A stretch of DNA of 64,000 nt from Mobula hypostoma (GCF_963921235.1 NC_086097.1:42286001-42350000), one strand, 5' to 3'; positions 1 through 13,169 are shown, counted from the stretch's first letter. Notes: generated from the letters alone by a model not told the origin. Translations and numbers: made by a program.

Positions 1-1720
1 GATAGACAAGGACTGATTAGGGATAATCAATATGGCTTTGTGCATGGTAAGCCATGTCTAACCAACCTTATAGAGTTTTTTGAGTTTCCAGGAAAGTTGA
101 TGAAGGCAAGGCAGTGGATGATGTCTACATGGACTTTAGCAAGGCATTTGACAAGATCATTCTTGAGTTAAGAAGGTTTAGTTGCTTGGCATTGATGATG
201 AGGTAGTAAATTGGATTAGACATTGACTTTGTGGAAGAAGGCGGAGAATGGTTGCCTCTCTGACTGTAGAGATGTGACTGGTGCTGTGCTGCGGGACTGA
301 TGCTGGGTCCTTTATTGTTAGTAGTCATCTATATTCACAGCAGTGGTGAACGAAATTCTTCCGTGAAGTGTTCGGAGTCCCAGGGTAGGTGGGTGGTTAG
401 ACTCTCTCTTGTTGGGGATGGGTGCTTCCTGACAATTGTGAGGCACAAACGTTCCTTACAATTACTAGTTCACACCCAACGCTAAAAGCGAACTTGCTGG
501 AGGAACTAAGTCAGTGTTTCAAGTTGAGACCCTTCATCTGAACTGAAAGACAGAGGGAGATAGGCAGTATGAAGAGATGAGGAGAGGGGGTGGAGGAAGA
601 GCATCATTGAAGGCATCTTCAAAACATAGTGCCTCAAGAAGGTGACATCCATCACTGAGGGGCAACACCATCCACAACATGCTCTCTTCTCGTTGCTGCC
701 ATCCAGGAGTAGGTATAGAGGCCTGAGGATGCACACTCAATGTTTCAAGAACAGCTCATTGCTAGCGAGTAGGCGGATACAATAGGGTCTTTTAAGAGCT
801 TCTTGGATAAGTACATGGAACTTAGAAAACTAGAGGGCTATGCGTTAGGGAAATTCTAGGCAGTTTCTAGAGTAGGTTACATGGTTGGCACAACATTGTG
901 GGCCGAAGGGCCTGTAATGTGCTGTAGATTCATATGTTCTATGTTCTATATCAATGATCTGGATGATAATGCAGTAAACTGGATCAACAAATTTGCGATT
1001 ACATCAAAATTGGGGGTGTAGTGGGAAAATGGCAGAGGGAATTGAATACAGACACTTGTGAAGTATTGTACTTTGTGAGGATCAACCAGGGTAGGTCTTA
1101 CCAGCGAACGGTCGGACACTGAGGAGCGCAGTACAACAGAGGGATCTGAGAATACAGATCCATAATTCCTTGAAAGTGATGTCACAAGCACATAAGGTTG
1201 AAAAGAATGCTTTTGACTCTTTGACATTCATAATCAATGTATTTTGTACAAGAGTTTATGATGTCACATTGAAATTGTATAAGATATTAGTGAAGCCTAA
1301 TCTGGAGGATTATGCAGTTTTGGTCACCTACCTGCAGGAAAGATGTAAAGAAGATTGAAAGAGTGCAGAGAAAATTTACAAGAATGTTTCTAGTACTTAA
1401 GGGCCTGAGTTATTGGAAAAGGTTAGGACGTTATTCCCTAGAACATAGAAGATTGAGGGGAGATTTTATAAAAATGTACAAAATTATGAAGGATAGAAAG
1501 GACAAGTAGGCTTTTTCCACAGAAGTTAGGTGAGACTAAGACAAGAGGTCATGGGTTATGGGTGAAAGGTAAAATTGTCAAGTGGTAGATGCATGGTCAA
1601 TTTCAAGAGAAATTTGGATAGGTACGTGGATGAGAGGGGGATGAAGGGCTGTGGTCTGGGTTCAGTTTAATGGTTAGACACAGGCTAGGGCCTGTTTCTG
1701 TGCTACAGTGTTCTATGACT
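1..1720 (+). mobile_element. Decayed CR1 LINE (RT to 3' end), interrupted by a composite insertion at ~335-945
   Basis: YMDFSKAFD-like motif at ~125-150; LGPLL..IY at 300-334 resumes as YINDLDDN at ~947; C-terminal ERVQRKFTRM/SLEHRRLRGD at 1312-1509; CR1 tail near 1700-1720. Confidence 0.85.
765..945 (+). mobile_element. CR1 3' terminal fragment with (ATGTTCT)n tail
   Basis: ggcacaacattgtgggccgaagggcctgt...atgttctatgttct, the same tail as at 4935-4996. Confidence 0.8.
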
Positions 1721-1745
1721 ATCTTTCCAGGCCATTGGAGCTATG

Positions 1746-1943
1746 ACACCACTAGTCACAACCCTTCAATCTGAATATACTCCCTCCACCACGACCCTCT
1801 GCTTTCTGCAGGCAAGCCAATTCTGAATCCACCTGGCCAAACTTCCCTGGATCCCATGATTTCTGACTTTCTGAATAAGCCTACCGTGTGGAACCTTGTC
1901 AAATGCCTTACTAAAATCCATGTAGATCACATCCACTGCACTA
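1746..1943 (-). mobile_element. Inverted ~200-bp CR1 RT fragment
   Basis: ORF 1766..1987 SAVDVIYMDFSKAFDKVPHGRLIQKVRNHGIQGSLARWIQNWL; near reverse complement of ~3826-4023. Confidence 0.9.
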
Positions 1944-2537
1944 CACAGTGAGATTTCAGTGGAAAGCCCCGAAGAGGGACCAACCACTGAATACTGTACA
2001 GTCTCAGAGGATGAGCAAATGGGAGTATGGTATGCTTTACCTTATGTGAACTCCCCAAGAACTGATGAAGAGATTTCTGAATCTCCGAGCCCTGTCTCAG
2101 ATGTAACAGGGAGGACTACCAGCAGACGGACAGACATGATAATAGACAGTGAGGGGAAACTGGGCTCCAATATAATTGGGGATGAAGCTGAGTTCAGTCA
2201 GGTGGCCAGGGGATCTGAGTTGCCAGAAGGTATAAATGACAGACAGGGGGAAGGTATGCCCACGTGAACAGGAACAGTCACAGAAGCTTGAGGCTGAAGA
2301 AGCTGACAATAAGATACAAAGGTCTCAGAGAGTCAATAAATCCCCAGATAGCCTGGCATATGATGCACCAGGGAAACAACGTGTTGCATCCATCCCAATA
2401 GTGAGATACGTTATTGAATTTATAAATGGATTGGGGGTATCCTGAAGTCATGAAATTCATTTGAATACTGTGTTATTAAAATTGATTTAATAAGTTCCAA
2501 AGTCATGAGGAGATGACTATTTTTGGTGAGGGGAGAA
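1944..2537 (+). mobile_element. Gypsy-type LTR retrotransposon 3' internal region ending in a polypurine tract
   Basis: Peptide QRSQRVNKSPDSLAY resembles the RRSxR..PP.RL.Y tail of Gypsy integrases; PPT-like ttttggtgaggggagaa lies immediately before TGTAA at 2538. Confidence 0.65.
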
Positions 2538-5506
2538 TGTAATGCCCTGGTTAAGATTTCCACTGCTATGCTGTCCGTATTTCATTTTAGTGGTTTTATG
2601 TAAAAGCAGTGTGTTCTGCTGGTACAATGTTCTGGTTTCAGCTAAAGATAAGGAGTCATGTTGTTCAACTAAGGAATGTTGTGTCAGCTAATCAGGATGG
2701 TGGGAGCAGGAAAAATGTTCTAGAGAGAGCTGGGCTGAGAGAGATTTATGATGGACAGTGCTCAGGTTTGTGGCCTTTAGGTGGGAGATGTCAAGAGGAG
2801 AGGATCTTGATAGAATCAGAGAGGACAGGAACATTTTTAATTGGGGAAGGGCAAATTATGAGACTATCGGGCTAGAACTTGCGGGTGTGAATTGGGATGA
2901 TGTTTTTGCAGGGAAATGTACTATGGACATGTGGTCGATGTTTAGAGATCGCTTGCAGGATGTTGGGGATAAATTTGTCCCGGTGAGGAAGGTAAAGAAT
3001 GGTAAGGTGAAGGAACCATGGGTGACAAGTGAGGTGGAGAATCTAGTCAGGTGGAAGGCGGCAGCATACATGAGGTTTAGGAAACAAGGATCAGATGGGT
3101 CTATTGAGGTATATAGAGTAGCAAGAAAGAAATTTAAGAAGAGGCCGAGGAGAGCAAGAAGGGGGCATGAGAAGGCCTTGACGAGTAGGGTGAAGGAAAA
3201 TCCCAAGGCATTCTTCAATTATGTGAAGAACAAAAGGATGACAGGAGTAAAGATAGGACCAATTAGAGATAAAGATGGGAAGGTGTGCCTAGAGGCTGTG
3301 GAAGTGAGCGAGGTCCTCAATGAATACTTCTCTTCGGTATTCACCAATGAGAAGGAACTTGATGATGGTCAGGACAATATGAGTGAGGTTGATGTTTTGG
3401 AGCATGTTGATAATAAGGCAGAGGAGGTGTTGGAGTTGTTAAAAAACATTAGGACTGATAAGTCCCCGGGGCCTGACAGAGTATTCCCCAGGCTGCTCAC
3501 GAGGTGAGGGAAGAGATTGCTGAGCCTCTGGCTAGGATCTTTATGTCCTTGTTGTCCACGGGAATGGTACCGGAGGATGGGAGGGAGGCGAATGTTGTCC
3601 CTTTGTTCAAAAGAGGTAGTAGGGATAGTCCGGGTAATTATAGACCAGTAAGCCTTACGTCTGTGGTGGGAAAGCTGTTGGAAAAGATTCTTAGAGATAG
3701 GATCTATGGGCATTTAGAGAATTATGGTCTAATCAGGGACAGTCAGCATGGCTTTCTGAAGGGCAGATTGTGTCTAATAAGCCTGATAGAGTTCTTTGAT
3801 GAGGTGACCAGGCATATAGATGAGGGTAGTGCAGTGGATGTGATCTACATGGATTTTAGTAAGGCATTTGACAAGGTTCCACATGGTAGGCTTATTCAGT
3901 AAGTCAGAAATCATGGGATCCAGGGAAGTTTGGCCAGGTGGATTCAGAATTGAGTTGCCTGCAGAAGGCAGAGGGTCGTGGTGGAGGGAGTATATTCAGA
4001 TTGGAGGGTTGTGACTAGTGGTGTCCCACAAGGATCAGTTCTGGGACCTCTACTTTTTGTGATTTTTATTAACGACCTGGATGTGGGGGTAGAAGGGTGG
4101 GTTGGCAAGTTTGCAGACGACACAAAGGTTGGTAGTGTTGAGGATAGTGTAGAGGATTGTTGAAGATTGCAGAGGGACATTGATAAGATGCAGAAGTGGG
4201 CTGAGAAGTGACGGATGGAGTTCAATCTGTTGAAGTGTGAGGTGGTACATTTTGGAAGGACAAACTCCAAGGCAGAGTACAAAGTAAAGGTAGGATACTT
4301 GGGAGGAGCAGAGGGATTTGCGGGTACATGTCCACAGATCCCTGAAAGTTGCCTCACAGGTAGATAAGATAGTTAAGAAAGCTTATGGAGTGTTAGCTTT
4401 CATAAATTGAGGGATAGGGTTTAAGAGTCGTGGGGTAATGATGCAGCTCTATAAAACTCTGGTTAGGCCACACTTGGAATACTGTGTCCAGTTCTGTTCA
4501 CCTCACTATAGGAAGGATGTGGAAGCACTGGAAAGGATACAGAGGAGATTTACCAGGATGCTGCCTGGTTTAGAGAGTATGCATTATGATCAGAGATTAA
4601 GGGAGCTAGGGCTTTACTCTCTGGAGAGGAGGATGAAAGGAGACATGATAGAGGTGTACAAGGTATTAAGAGGAATAGATAGAGTGGATAGCCAGCGCCT
4701 CTTCCCCAGGGCATCACTGCTCAATACAAGAGGACATGGCTTTAAGGTAAGGGGTGGGAAGTTCAAGGGGGATATTAGAGGAAGGTTTTTTACTCAGAGA
4801 GTGGTTGGTGCGTGGAATGCACTGCCTGAGTCAGTGGTGGTGGCAGATACACTAGTGAAATTTAAGAGACTGCTAGACAGGCATATGGAGGAATTTAAGT
4901 TGGGGGGTTATATGGGAGGCAGGGTTTGAGGGTCGGCACAACATTGTGGGCCGAAGGGCCTGTACTGTGCTGCAATGTTCTATGTTCTATGTTCTACCTG
5001 AGGATCCAATCTGAAGGAGGACCCTAATGCAAGGTGTGCATCACAAGATGAAGAAATCCGTGAGGAGAAGTTCTACCTGTGATTGGTGATGAGAATTCAG
5101 TGCTGTGAGGAAAACGGTACGCCCAGCTGTCAGAGACATGACATGAAGTCCAACATTGTGTGCACATTTAAACTGGTTTGATTGTCATCTGCACTTTTAT
5201 TTTTTTCCCTTTTCCTATTGACTGGTTGATAAAGCTGAAATTGGTAAATATACTTCCTTTATAATTTTATATGGTGTATGATCTGTTATTTCTTGCCAAT
5301 TAATAATTATGTATTGGCAGTATTTACACAGCATTCACTCAGATCGAGGTTCCTTTGATCGAAATTCCCAATGTTCTTGTTTGGTTACCAAATCTTACCA
5401 ACCTGGACATATATTGTTTATGAAATGCGGCCTTCTCACTGCTGAGTAACGTGGCTGGTAGCTGAGTTAGCTAACGAGCCGAGTTTGTATACGAATCCTG
5501 GTGACA
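2538..5506 (+). mobile_element. Gypsy 3' LTR (TG...CA) split by a CR1 insertion (LTR parts ~2538-2800 and ~4997-5506)
   Basis: Starts TGTAAT right after the PPT; plausible end ...GGTGACA at 5506. Confidence 0.6.
2805..4996 (+). mobile_element. Relatively young 5'-truncated CR1 LINE (ORF2 linker, RT, C-terminus, 3' tail) with a few stops and frameshifts
   Basis: ORFs 2758-3507, 3504-3902, 3978-4163, 4438-4929: [59 protein letters not shown]; tail (ATGTTCT)3. Confidence 0.95.
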
Positions 5507-5640
5507 AGCTGACAAATGCCAAAAGTTGTACTCTCAATACAAGTTAGAGATAGGGCAATCAAAAAAAAAGTGTGGGGCAAAAACCAGTGCAGATTTGGTG
5601 CTACAGCTAGCCAGCTAAATCTCATTTCTTGTAATCCTAT

Positions 5641-5982
5641 TGTGATGCTCTGGGGAGGTGTAGTCGACAGCCCGCCCCTGCGTTCTAATGACTTGCACTG
5701 CTTCTTGTTCTTGTGTTAAAATGCTTTTATGGTGGGAAGTTCCAGTTCATTTATTGTTACGTTTTCACTTGGGTTATAGCATTATTCGCTTGTGTATTTG
5801 TGGGTCACCCTAACTGTAACTGGGGTGTGTGATGGTCACCTCCCTCGTCTGTATGAGACTGGTTGGGTTCAGGTTCACTCTCTGGGTCAGGGTGCTCGGT
5901 CTGTTTTGTGTTTATCACAATAAAATGGTTGTTGAGTTAACAGGCTTCCTCATCTTTCATTATGGACCAAATGCTCACTGCA
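5641..5982 (+). mobile_element. Possible solo LTR
   Basis: 342 bp from TGTGAT to ACTGCA, internal AATAAA near 5920, flanks ctat/atat (3 of 4 match). Confidence 0.3.
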
Positions 5983-6084
5983 ATATTCTTTTGTGTCATT
6001 CAACAGAGGCTGGAAATCTTGAGCAACACACACAAAACGCTGGAGGAACTCTGCAAGTCAAGTGGCATCTATGATGGATCCAGG

Positions 6085-6522
6085 CTAGGCCATCTGAGAT
6101 AGTAATACCCAGGAATTTAAACTTACTGACCCCACCCCCCCCCATCTCTGATCCTTCGATCCTTCGATGATTACTAGCTCATAGACCTCTGGTTTCCCTC
6201 TCCTGAAGTCTACAATCAGTTCCTTGACATTGAGGGAGAGGCTGTTGTTATCACACCACTCAGCCAAGTTTCATTCTCCCCCCGTAAGCTGATTCATCAG
6301 CCCCTTCGATACGGCCCACAAAAGTGGCATCATCAGCAAACTGGAGCTATATAGGGTAGAGCGAGTAGAGTAGGGGGCTAGGCACACATCCCTGCAGTGC
6401 TCCTGTGCTGATGGATATTGTGGATGAGATGTTTTTGGCAGTCTGAAATGACTGGGGTCGACAAATGAGGAAATCCAGGATCCAGTTGCACAAGGAGGTA
6501 TTAAGGCCCAGGTCTTGGAGCT
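6085..6522 (-). mobile_element. Rex1/Babar-type LINE RT fragment
   Basis: AEWCDNNSLSLNVKELIVDFRRGK; decayed PQG and FADD motifs. Confidence 0.75.
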
Positions 6523-6729
6523 ATCGCATGTTCTCATTATTTATGCTATTTCTTCAAACTTTCATTTGCTCAGTGTGCTGTCTTCTGTGCTCTGGTTAAT
6601 CTTTAATTGATCCTGGGAGACAGGTAGCTATTAATCTATAGATTTGCTGAGAATGCCCGCAGGAAAATGAACCTCAGGGTTGTATATGGTGACATTTATG
6701 TTCTTTGATAATAAAATTTACTTTGAACT

Positions 6730-7130
6730 ATTATTCTTATAACTTTGCAAAGTCTTCCCACATATTTGTTTTCCTAATTCACATTCACTATTTGAAGGCC
6801 TATAGTACAATCCCAACAATATGATCGCCCCCTTCTTATTTCTCAGTTTCATCCACAAAGCCTTTCTGGGAGATCCTTCAGTAATTTCATCTCTGACTAC
6901 TGCTGGGACATTCCCCTGAATCAAAAAGGCAAGTCCCCCCCTCCTCTCTTCCCTTCACCTCTATCCCACCTAAAGCTGCTGTACCTCAGAAGTTTAAACA
7001 ACCAGTCTTGTCCCTCCAGTAGCCATGTTTCCATATGGTTATAATGTCACGGTCCCATCCATCTACCCAAGCCTTAATTTCATCCTCATAACCTGTCAGA
7101 CTTCTTGCATTGAAATAAGTGCAATTTAAT
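6730..7130 (-). mobile_element. CR1 AP-endonuclease fragment
   Basis: ALWMKLRNKKGAIILLGLYYRPSNS. Confidence 0.75.
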
Positions 7131-7332
7131 ACATGGAGAGGTGAGGCTTAGATGGAAATGGGCTGAATATAGGAAATAGGGCCTAGCTAGGTGGGCATTG
7201 TGGTTGGCATGGACTCGTTGAGCTGAAGGGCCTGTATCTACGATTCAATGTGGGACTACTATTAATTCTGTCCAGTTCTTCAGACCAGCTGCTACAGGGA
7301 AAGGAACAGGTGAGAAGACAAATATTTTCTTC

Positions 7333-9892
7333 TGACCCCAGCTCTCATCTGTGCTGGGTCTTTTCCATCCCCTCTGATTTCCTCTCTCTGTGGCAGAACA
7401 TTCTGTCCTCAGTAAAGTCCTCACCTTTGTCCCACTGCGCCCACACCTTAGTGAGTTCTGTGCCCGCCATGATGCTGAGCTCTTCCTCTGCCACCTCTAT
7501 CTCCATGACTACTTCTTTGGCAAGGACTCTCCATCCCACACTGATGACCTCTTCTCCCATCTTCAACCCTCCACCTCTTTCTGGATGCCCCATTCTGGTC
7601 TTCTGCCTGCTCTGGATCTTCTTATTGCCAACTGACATCAACTGTCTCAATCTCACCACTCCTCTCTCCAATTTCAACCTCACTCTTTCCAAACACACTG
7701 CCCTCCATTCTCTCTGCACTAATCCTAATCTTACCATCAAGACCGCAGATAAGTGGGGTACTGTAGAAGTCTGGTGGACTGACCTGTACCTGCTGAGGCC
7801 CAGCGACAACTCTCAGACACTTCGTCTTACTTACCCCTCAAACAGGACCCCATTGAGGAGCACCAGGCTATTGTCTCCCACACAATCACCAGTCTTACGA
7901 ACTCTGGAGATCTCCTATCCACTGCCACCAGCCTCATAGTTCCCTCACCCCACACTTCCTACTTCTACCTCCTACCCAAGATCCATAAACCTGCTTGTCC
8001 AGGTAGACTCATTGTTTCTGCTTGTTCCTGCCCCACTGGACTCATATCTGCATACCTCGACTCTGTTTTATCTCCCCAGGTCAGTCCCTTCCTACCTACA
8101 TCCATGAAACCTCACATGCTCTGGATCTTTTCCATGATTTCAAGTTCCCCGGGCCTGAGCATCTTATTTTCACCATGGATGTCAAGTTCCTATACACCTC
8201 CACCCCCCACCAGGAAGGCCTCAATGCTCTCTGTTTCTTTCTGGACACCAAACCCAACCAGTTCCCCTCCACCACCACTCTTCTCTGTCTGGCCGAACTT
8301 GTCCTCACTCTCAATAATTTGTCCTTCAGCTCCTCCCTCTTCCTTCAAACAAAAATTGTAGCCATGGCTACTTGCATGAGTCCCAGTTATGCCTGCCTTT
8401 TTGTCAGTTAATGGAACAGTCTGTGTTCCAAGCCAACACTGGTACCACTCCCCAACTTTTCCTGTGCTACATGGACAACTGCATTGGTGCTAGTTCCTGC
8501 ACCCATGTAGAGCTCTTTGACTTCATCAACTTTGCCTCCAACTTCCATCCTGTTTTCAGATTTACCTAGTCCATTTCTGACACCTCCCTCCCCTTTCTTG
8601 ATCTCTCTGTCTCTGTCTCTGGAGACAGCTTATCTACTGATGTCTATTATAAACCAATTGGCTCTCACAGCTACCTGGACTATACCTGTTACTTGTAAAA
8701 ATACCATCCCCTTCTCTCAGTTCCTCCATCTCTGATGCATCTTCTGTCAGGATGAGGCTTTTCATTCCAGAACCAAGGAGATGTCTTCCTTCTTCAAAGA
8801 AAAGATCTTCCCTTCCTCCACCATCAATACTGCCTTCAACCGCATCTCTTTTATTTCGTGCATGTCTGCCCTCAACCCATCCTCTACCACCCCTCCAGGG
8901 ATAGGGTTCCTCTTGTCCTCACCTACCACCCCACCAGGCTCCACGTCCAGCACGTAATTCTCCGTGACATCCGCTATCTCCAACTGAAATCCCACCAGCA
9001 AGCATATCTTCCTCCCCCCCTCCCCCCACCACAACTTTCTGTAATCTGCAGGGATTGTTCCCGACACAACTCCCTGATCCACCCGTTCCTCGCCACTGAT
9101 CTCCATCCTGGCACCTGCCCCTACACCTCCTTCCTCACTACCAGTCAGGGCCACAAATAGTCCTTTCAGATGAGGTAACACTTCAGCTGTGAGTCTGTTG
9201 GGGTCATCTACAGTATCCGGTGATTCCAGTGTGGCCTCCTGTATATCAGTGAGAACCAGCATAGACTGGGAAACTGCTTCACCAAGCACCTACGCTCCAT
9301 TTGCCAGAAAAAGTGGGATCTCCAACTGGCCACCCATTTTAATGCCACTTGCCTCTATTCCAACATGTCCATCCACGGGCTCCTCTACTGCGGCGATTAA
9401 GCCATATAAGGAGCAACACCTTATATTCCATCTGGGTAGCCTCCAACCCGATGGCATGAACATTTATTTCTCAAATTCCAGGCAATGCCCCCCATTCCCC
9501 TTTCCCTATTCTTTCCCTCTCTTGCCTTATCTCGTTACCTGCCCATCACCTCCCTCTGGTGCGCCCCCTTTTCTTTCTTCCATGGCCTTCTGTCCTCTCC
9601 TATCAGATTCCCCCTTTTCCAGCTCTGGATCTCTTTCAGCAATCAATTTCCCACTCTTTACTTCACCCCTCCCCCTCCCAATTTCACCTATCACCTTGTG
9701 TTTCTTCCTCCCCTCCCCCCACCTTCTTACTCTGACTCCTCATCTTTTTTTCTCCAATCCTGATGAAGGGTCGAGGCCTGAAACATCAACAGTACTTGTT
9801 TCCATAGATGCTTTCTGGCCTGCTGAGTTCCTCCAGCATTTTGTGAATGGTGCTTGGATTTCCAGCATCTGCAGATTTTCTCTTGTTTGTGT
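7333..9892 (+). mobile_element. Penelope-like element (Neptune-type), long decayed copy: N-terminus, RT, thumb, GIY-YIG, pLTR
   Basis: SVLSKVLTFVP, IKTADKWG, FTMDVKFLYTS, YMDNC (decayed YIDD), KNTIPFSQF, RDRVPLVLTYHP, EQHLIFHLGSLQPDGMN; TSD ca(a/g)atattttcttc at 7319-7332 and 9893-9906. Confidence 0.92.
9756..9791 (+). ncRNA. Degenerate hammerhead motif in pLTR
   Basis: CTGATGA-agggtcgaggcct-GAAAC-ATC; stem I and stem III palindrome decayed. Confidence 0.55.
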
Positions 9893-10639
9893 CAGATATT
9901 TTCTTCACCTCAACTGAAATTCCTTTGCTACAAATCATAAGAAACTTTGGTGATGTGTCACAGATTTGTACTCCCCCATATTCTGTCCAAGGAAAGTACA
10001 GGAATGTAGCTGTTAGTGCTCTCCACTACTTTAATGGACCTGACATCTCCCACTCCAAGAAAATTGGCTTAATTAGCACTTGTGTGCTAAAACTAAATGT
10101 GTTTGCTTTAGCAAATTGAAGTGGTAATCAGCAATTAGCCCCCAAATTATGTGCATAAATCAGTCTTTCCCACAGACAGCACCCACTTATCGCCTGTTTT
10201 CACCCTTTCACCAAAATATTCTAATTACCTAGTGTCTAGACTTACAGGCTTTACAGCAAATGGAAGAGACTGCAATTGGAGGACTATTCTTACTCAAAGA
10301 TTTTTATCTTTATTTTAAATACCACAAAAATCTTTGTGTTTCCTTTGCCACAAGATAAGGGACTGTGTACTTAATATTGTAGCTTAAACTAAATGGAATA
10401 TTAAACTTCTTAATCCATATCAAAATCTTTCCTGCGTCGGGATGTCTAACATAGGGATCAGAATCAGGTTTATTATCACTGATACACCAGACGAAATTTG
10501 TTCTTTTGCTGCATCAGTACCGTGCAAGACAGAATGAATATAAGTTACAAAGTAAATAAATTTGCAAAAGATGAATAATTATGCATTGAGCTGCTGCCAC
10601 ATGATTGGGTGATTAGAGATTCTCATTTGTTATTTTAGT

Positions 10640-10890
10640 TTTTAATTATTTAGAGATACAGCCCAGAACAGGCCATTCTGGCCCACCATGTCACACCGCC
10701 AGCAAGCCACTGCTTTAACCCTAGCCTAATCACAGGACAATTTACAATGACCAATTAACCTACAGACTATGGACTGAGAGAGGAAACCAGAGCTACTGGA
10801 GGAAGCCCATGACCACACAGGATTGACTGTATAAACTTGCTTGCTTACAGAGGATGGCAGAATTGAACTCCAAACTCCGTGGTGCCCCAA
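10640..10890 (-). mobile_element. tRNA-derived SINE (V-SINE/HE1-like), apparently inside a Tc1 remnant ending ~10935
   Basis: Similar to 19660-19900 and to the reverse complement of 36128-36330; flanking aataaagtggccactaagtgta matches the Tc1 TIR at 32450-32477. Confidence 0.6.
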
Positions 10891-10967
10891 CGAGCAGATG
10901 TACAAGTGTACATAATAAAGTGGCCACTAAGTGTAAATATAGAGAGAGCGCAAGAAAGTAACGATAA

Positions 10968-11430
10968 GACAACAAGATATAGGAGTAGAGTTAGGCCATT
11001 TGGTCCATCGTTTGCTCCGCCATTTCATCATGGATGATCCAATTTTCCTTTCAACCCCAATCTCCTGCCTTCTCACTTCATGACCTGACCAATCAAGAAT
11101 CTATCAATCTCGGCCTTAAATATACATAAAGACTAAGCCTCCACAGCTGCCTGTGGCAAAGAATTCCACAGATTTACCACTCTTTGGCTAAAGAAATTCC
11201 TCCTCATCTCTGTTCTAAATGGATCTTCCTCTTTTCTGAGGCTGTGTCCTCTGGTCTTAGACACTCCCCAACATAGGAAACATCCTCTCCACAGCCACTT
11301 TATCAAGGCCTTTCACCATTCAGTCGGTTTCAATGAGGTCCCCCCTCATTCTTCTGAATTCTAGTGAATACAGGCCCAGAGGCATCAAACACTCTTCATA
11401 TGACAAGCCATTCAATCCTGGAATCATTAG
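10968..11430 (-). mobile_element. CR1 3' fragment
   Basis: Reverse complement encodes LGLYSLEFRRMRGDLIET; CR1 3' UTR. Confidence 0.8.
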
Positions 11431-12519
11431 GGAGAAATAAAACAAATTGTGTTTGACAGTTATAATTAATATAGATCTCTTCCAAGCAAAATATGCAATA
11501 AGGAAATTGGTTTAATTACGGCCATTGAAAGAAAATTAAGGGTAGCATTAGGTTCCAATGTATTGGCATGTAACGTTACCAAAGAAAGCTGTAACCCTGA
11601 GCATTGCAACAGATTCAGCATTCAGCAAAGGAGGAGCAAGACACTGATAAGGAAAGGGAAATTAGAATAACCCAGCAGATTCATAAGCAACATAAACACA
11701 GACTGCAACAGTGTAAGATAATGATTATGTAAAAAAGGAATAACTAAAATTAAGACAGATCCCTAGTCAGACAGAAGAAATTATATCTGAAAATAAGGAA
11801 AGGGCAGAGAAGTTATACAATTATTTTGTGCCTGATACACAGCAGAAAACCTCCCAGAGATTGTGAGAATTAAATTTTTTGAGTAAATGAGGGGCTGACA
11901 GGAACCAATCTTACTAAAACGTTTGATATTGGTGAAATTAATGAACTTCAAGTTAATAAATCCTCAGGGTCTAATGAGTTGCATTGTAACAGTTATAGAG
12001 TTGTAGAACATGGAAAGAAACAGGCCCTTTGGCTCAACTCGTCCATGCCAATTACATTGGCCAGCTAGCTAGTCTCTTTTGCCTGTGTTTGTCCATGGCC
12101 CTCTAAACCTTTCCTTTTCAAATACTTAGCTAGATGGACTTTAAATGCTGTTCGTGTGCCTCCCTCAGCCACTTTTACAGGCAGATCATTCTGAAGATGC
12201 ACTACCCCTTCCATGAAGAAGCTGCATCTGCTATCCCTTTTCAATGGTAATCCCGATGAAAGGTCTCAACCCAAAATGTTGACTACTCATTTTCCTTTCT
12301 TTCTTTTCAAATCTTTTTACTATTATTATCCAAAATTTGCCAGAGTACATCGAAGTAAGCAACACTTACAATGCCTCAAGAAAAAAAAACATTATTATAA
12401 AGATTGAAAAAATTTTTGGTGATGAAAAAAAAGAGGAAAAAAAACCCTACTAAACATCCTTTATAGATGCCGCCCGACCCTCTGAGTTCCTCCGCATTTT
12501 GTGTGCGTGATGATCCAGA

Positions 12520-13165
12520 CTGCAGGCTGCACCCGCAGTCTCTCTTGTGTCTCTCATTTAATTCTCTTGCCTGTGATCCTAACCACATGCCCTCTTGTTT
12601 TCCCCCTCCCTGGGAAAAAGATGCATTTACACACTGTCCCTGCTCTCCATCCAAGCCACAAACCTAGAGGTCCTCAACAGGGCAGGGACCATGAGTGTTG
12701 AAGCCATGATTGTAAAAGAACACCTTCAGTTGATTGGGCATGTCTTACACATGAAATATTCCCAAATTCCCAGAAAGCTACTTTACGGTGAGCTTTTGCT
12801 GGGCAAGAGGAATTGAGACAGGCCCCGAAAGAGGTTCAAAGACTGCATGAAAGCTAACATTGCACTTGCTGGACTTGTTCCAAGATGGATGGAACAGACT
12901 GGCTGGGAAGCCTTGGTTCACTCCATCCTGGAGGAGTGACACCAAGCAGTACTAATCACTGCCCGACAAAAAGGGAAAGGAATAGCAGTGGTTCCACTTC
13001 CAGATCCAGCACAGATTTCATGTCCTTTTTGTGGACATCTGTATCGCTCACAACTTGGACTCAGCAGTCACCTGTGAACAACACAGACTTGTTCACAGGT
13101 GAACAAACAAACTTGTTCACAAACTTGTCATCATCAGATATGACAGACAACCAATCATGCCCCTC
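12520..13165 (+). mobile_element. RTE-clade LINE 3' fragment
   Basis: NLEVLNRAGTMSVEAMIVKEHLQLIGHVLHMKYSQIPRKLLYGEL..GKRN*DRPRKRFKD resembles the RTE C-terminal W.GHV.RM...R.PK..LYGEL..G.R..GRP.KR.KD motif. Confidence 0.8.
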
Positions 13166-13169
13166 GTGA

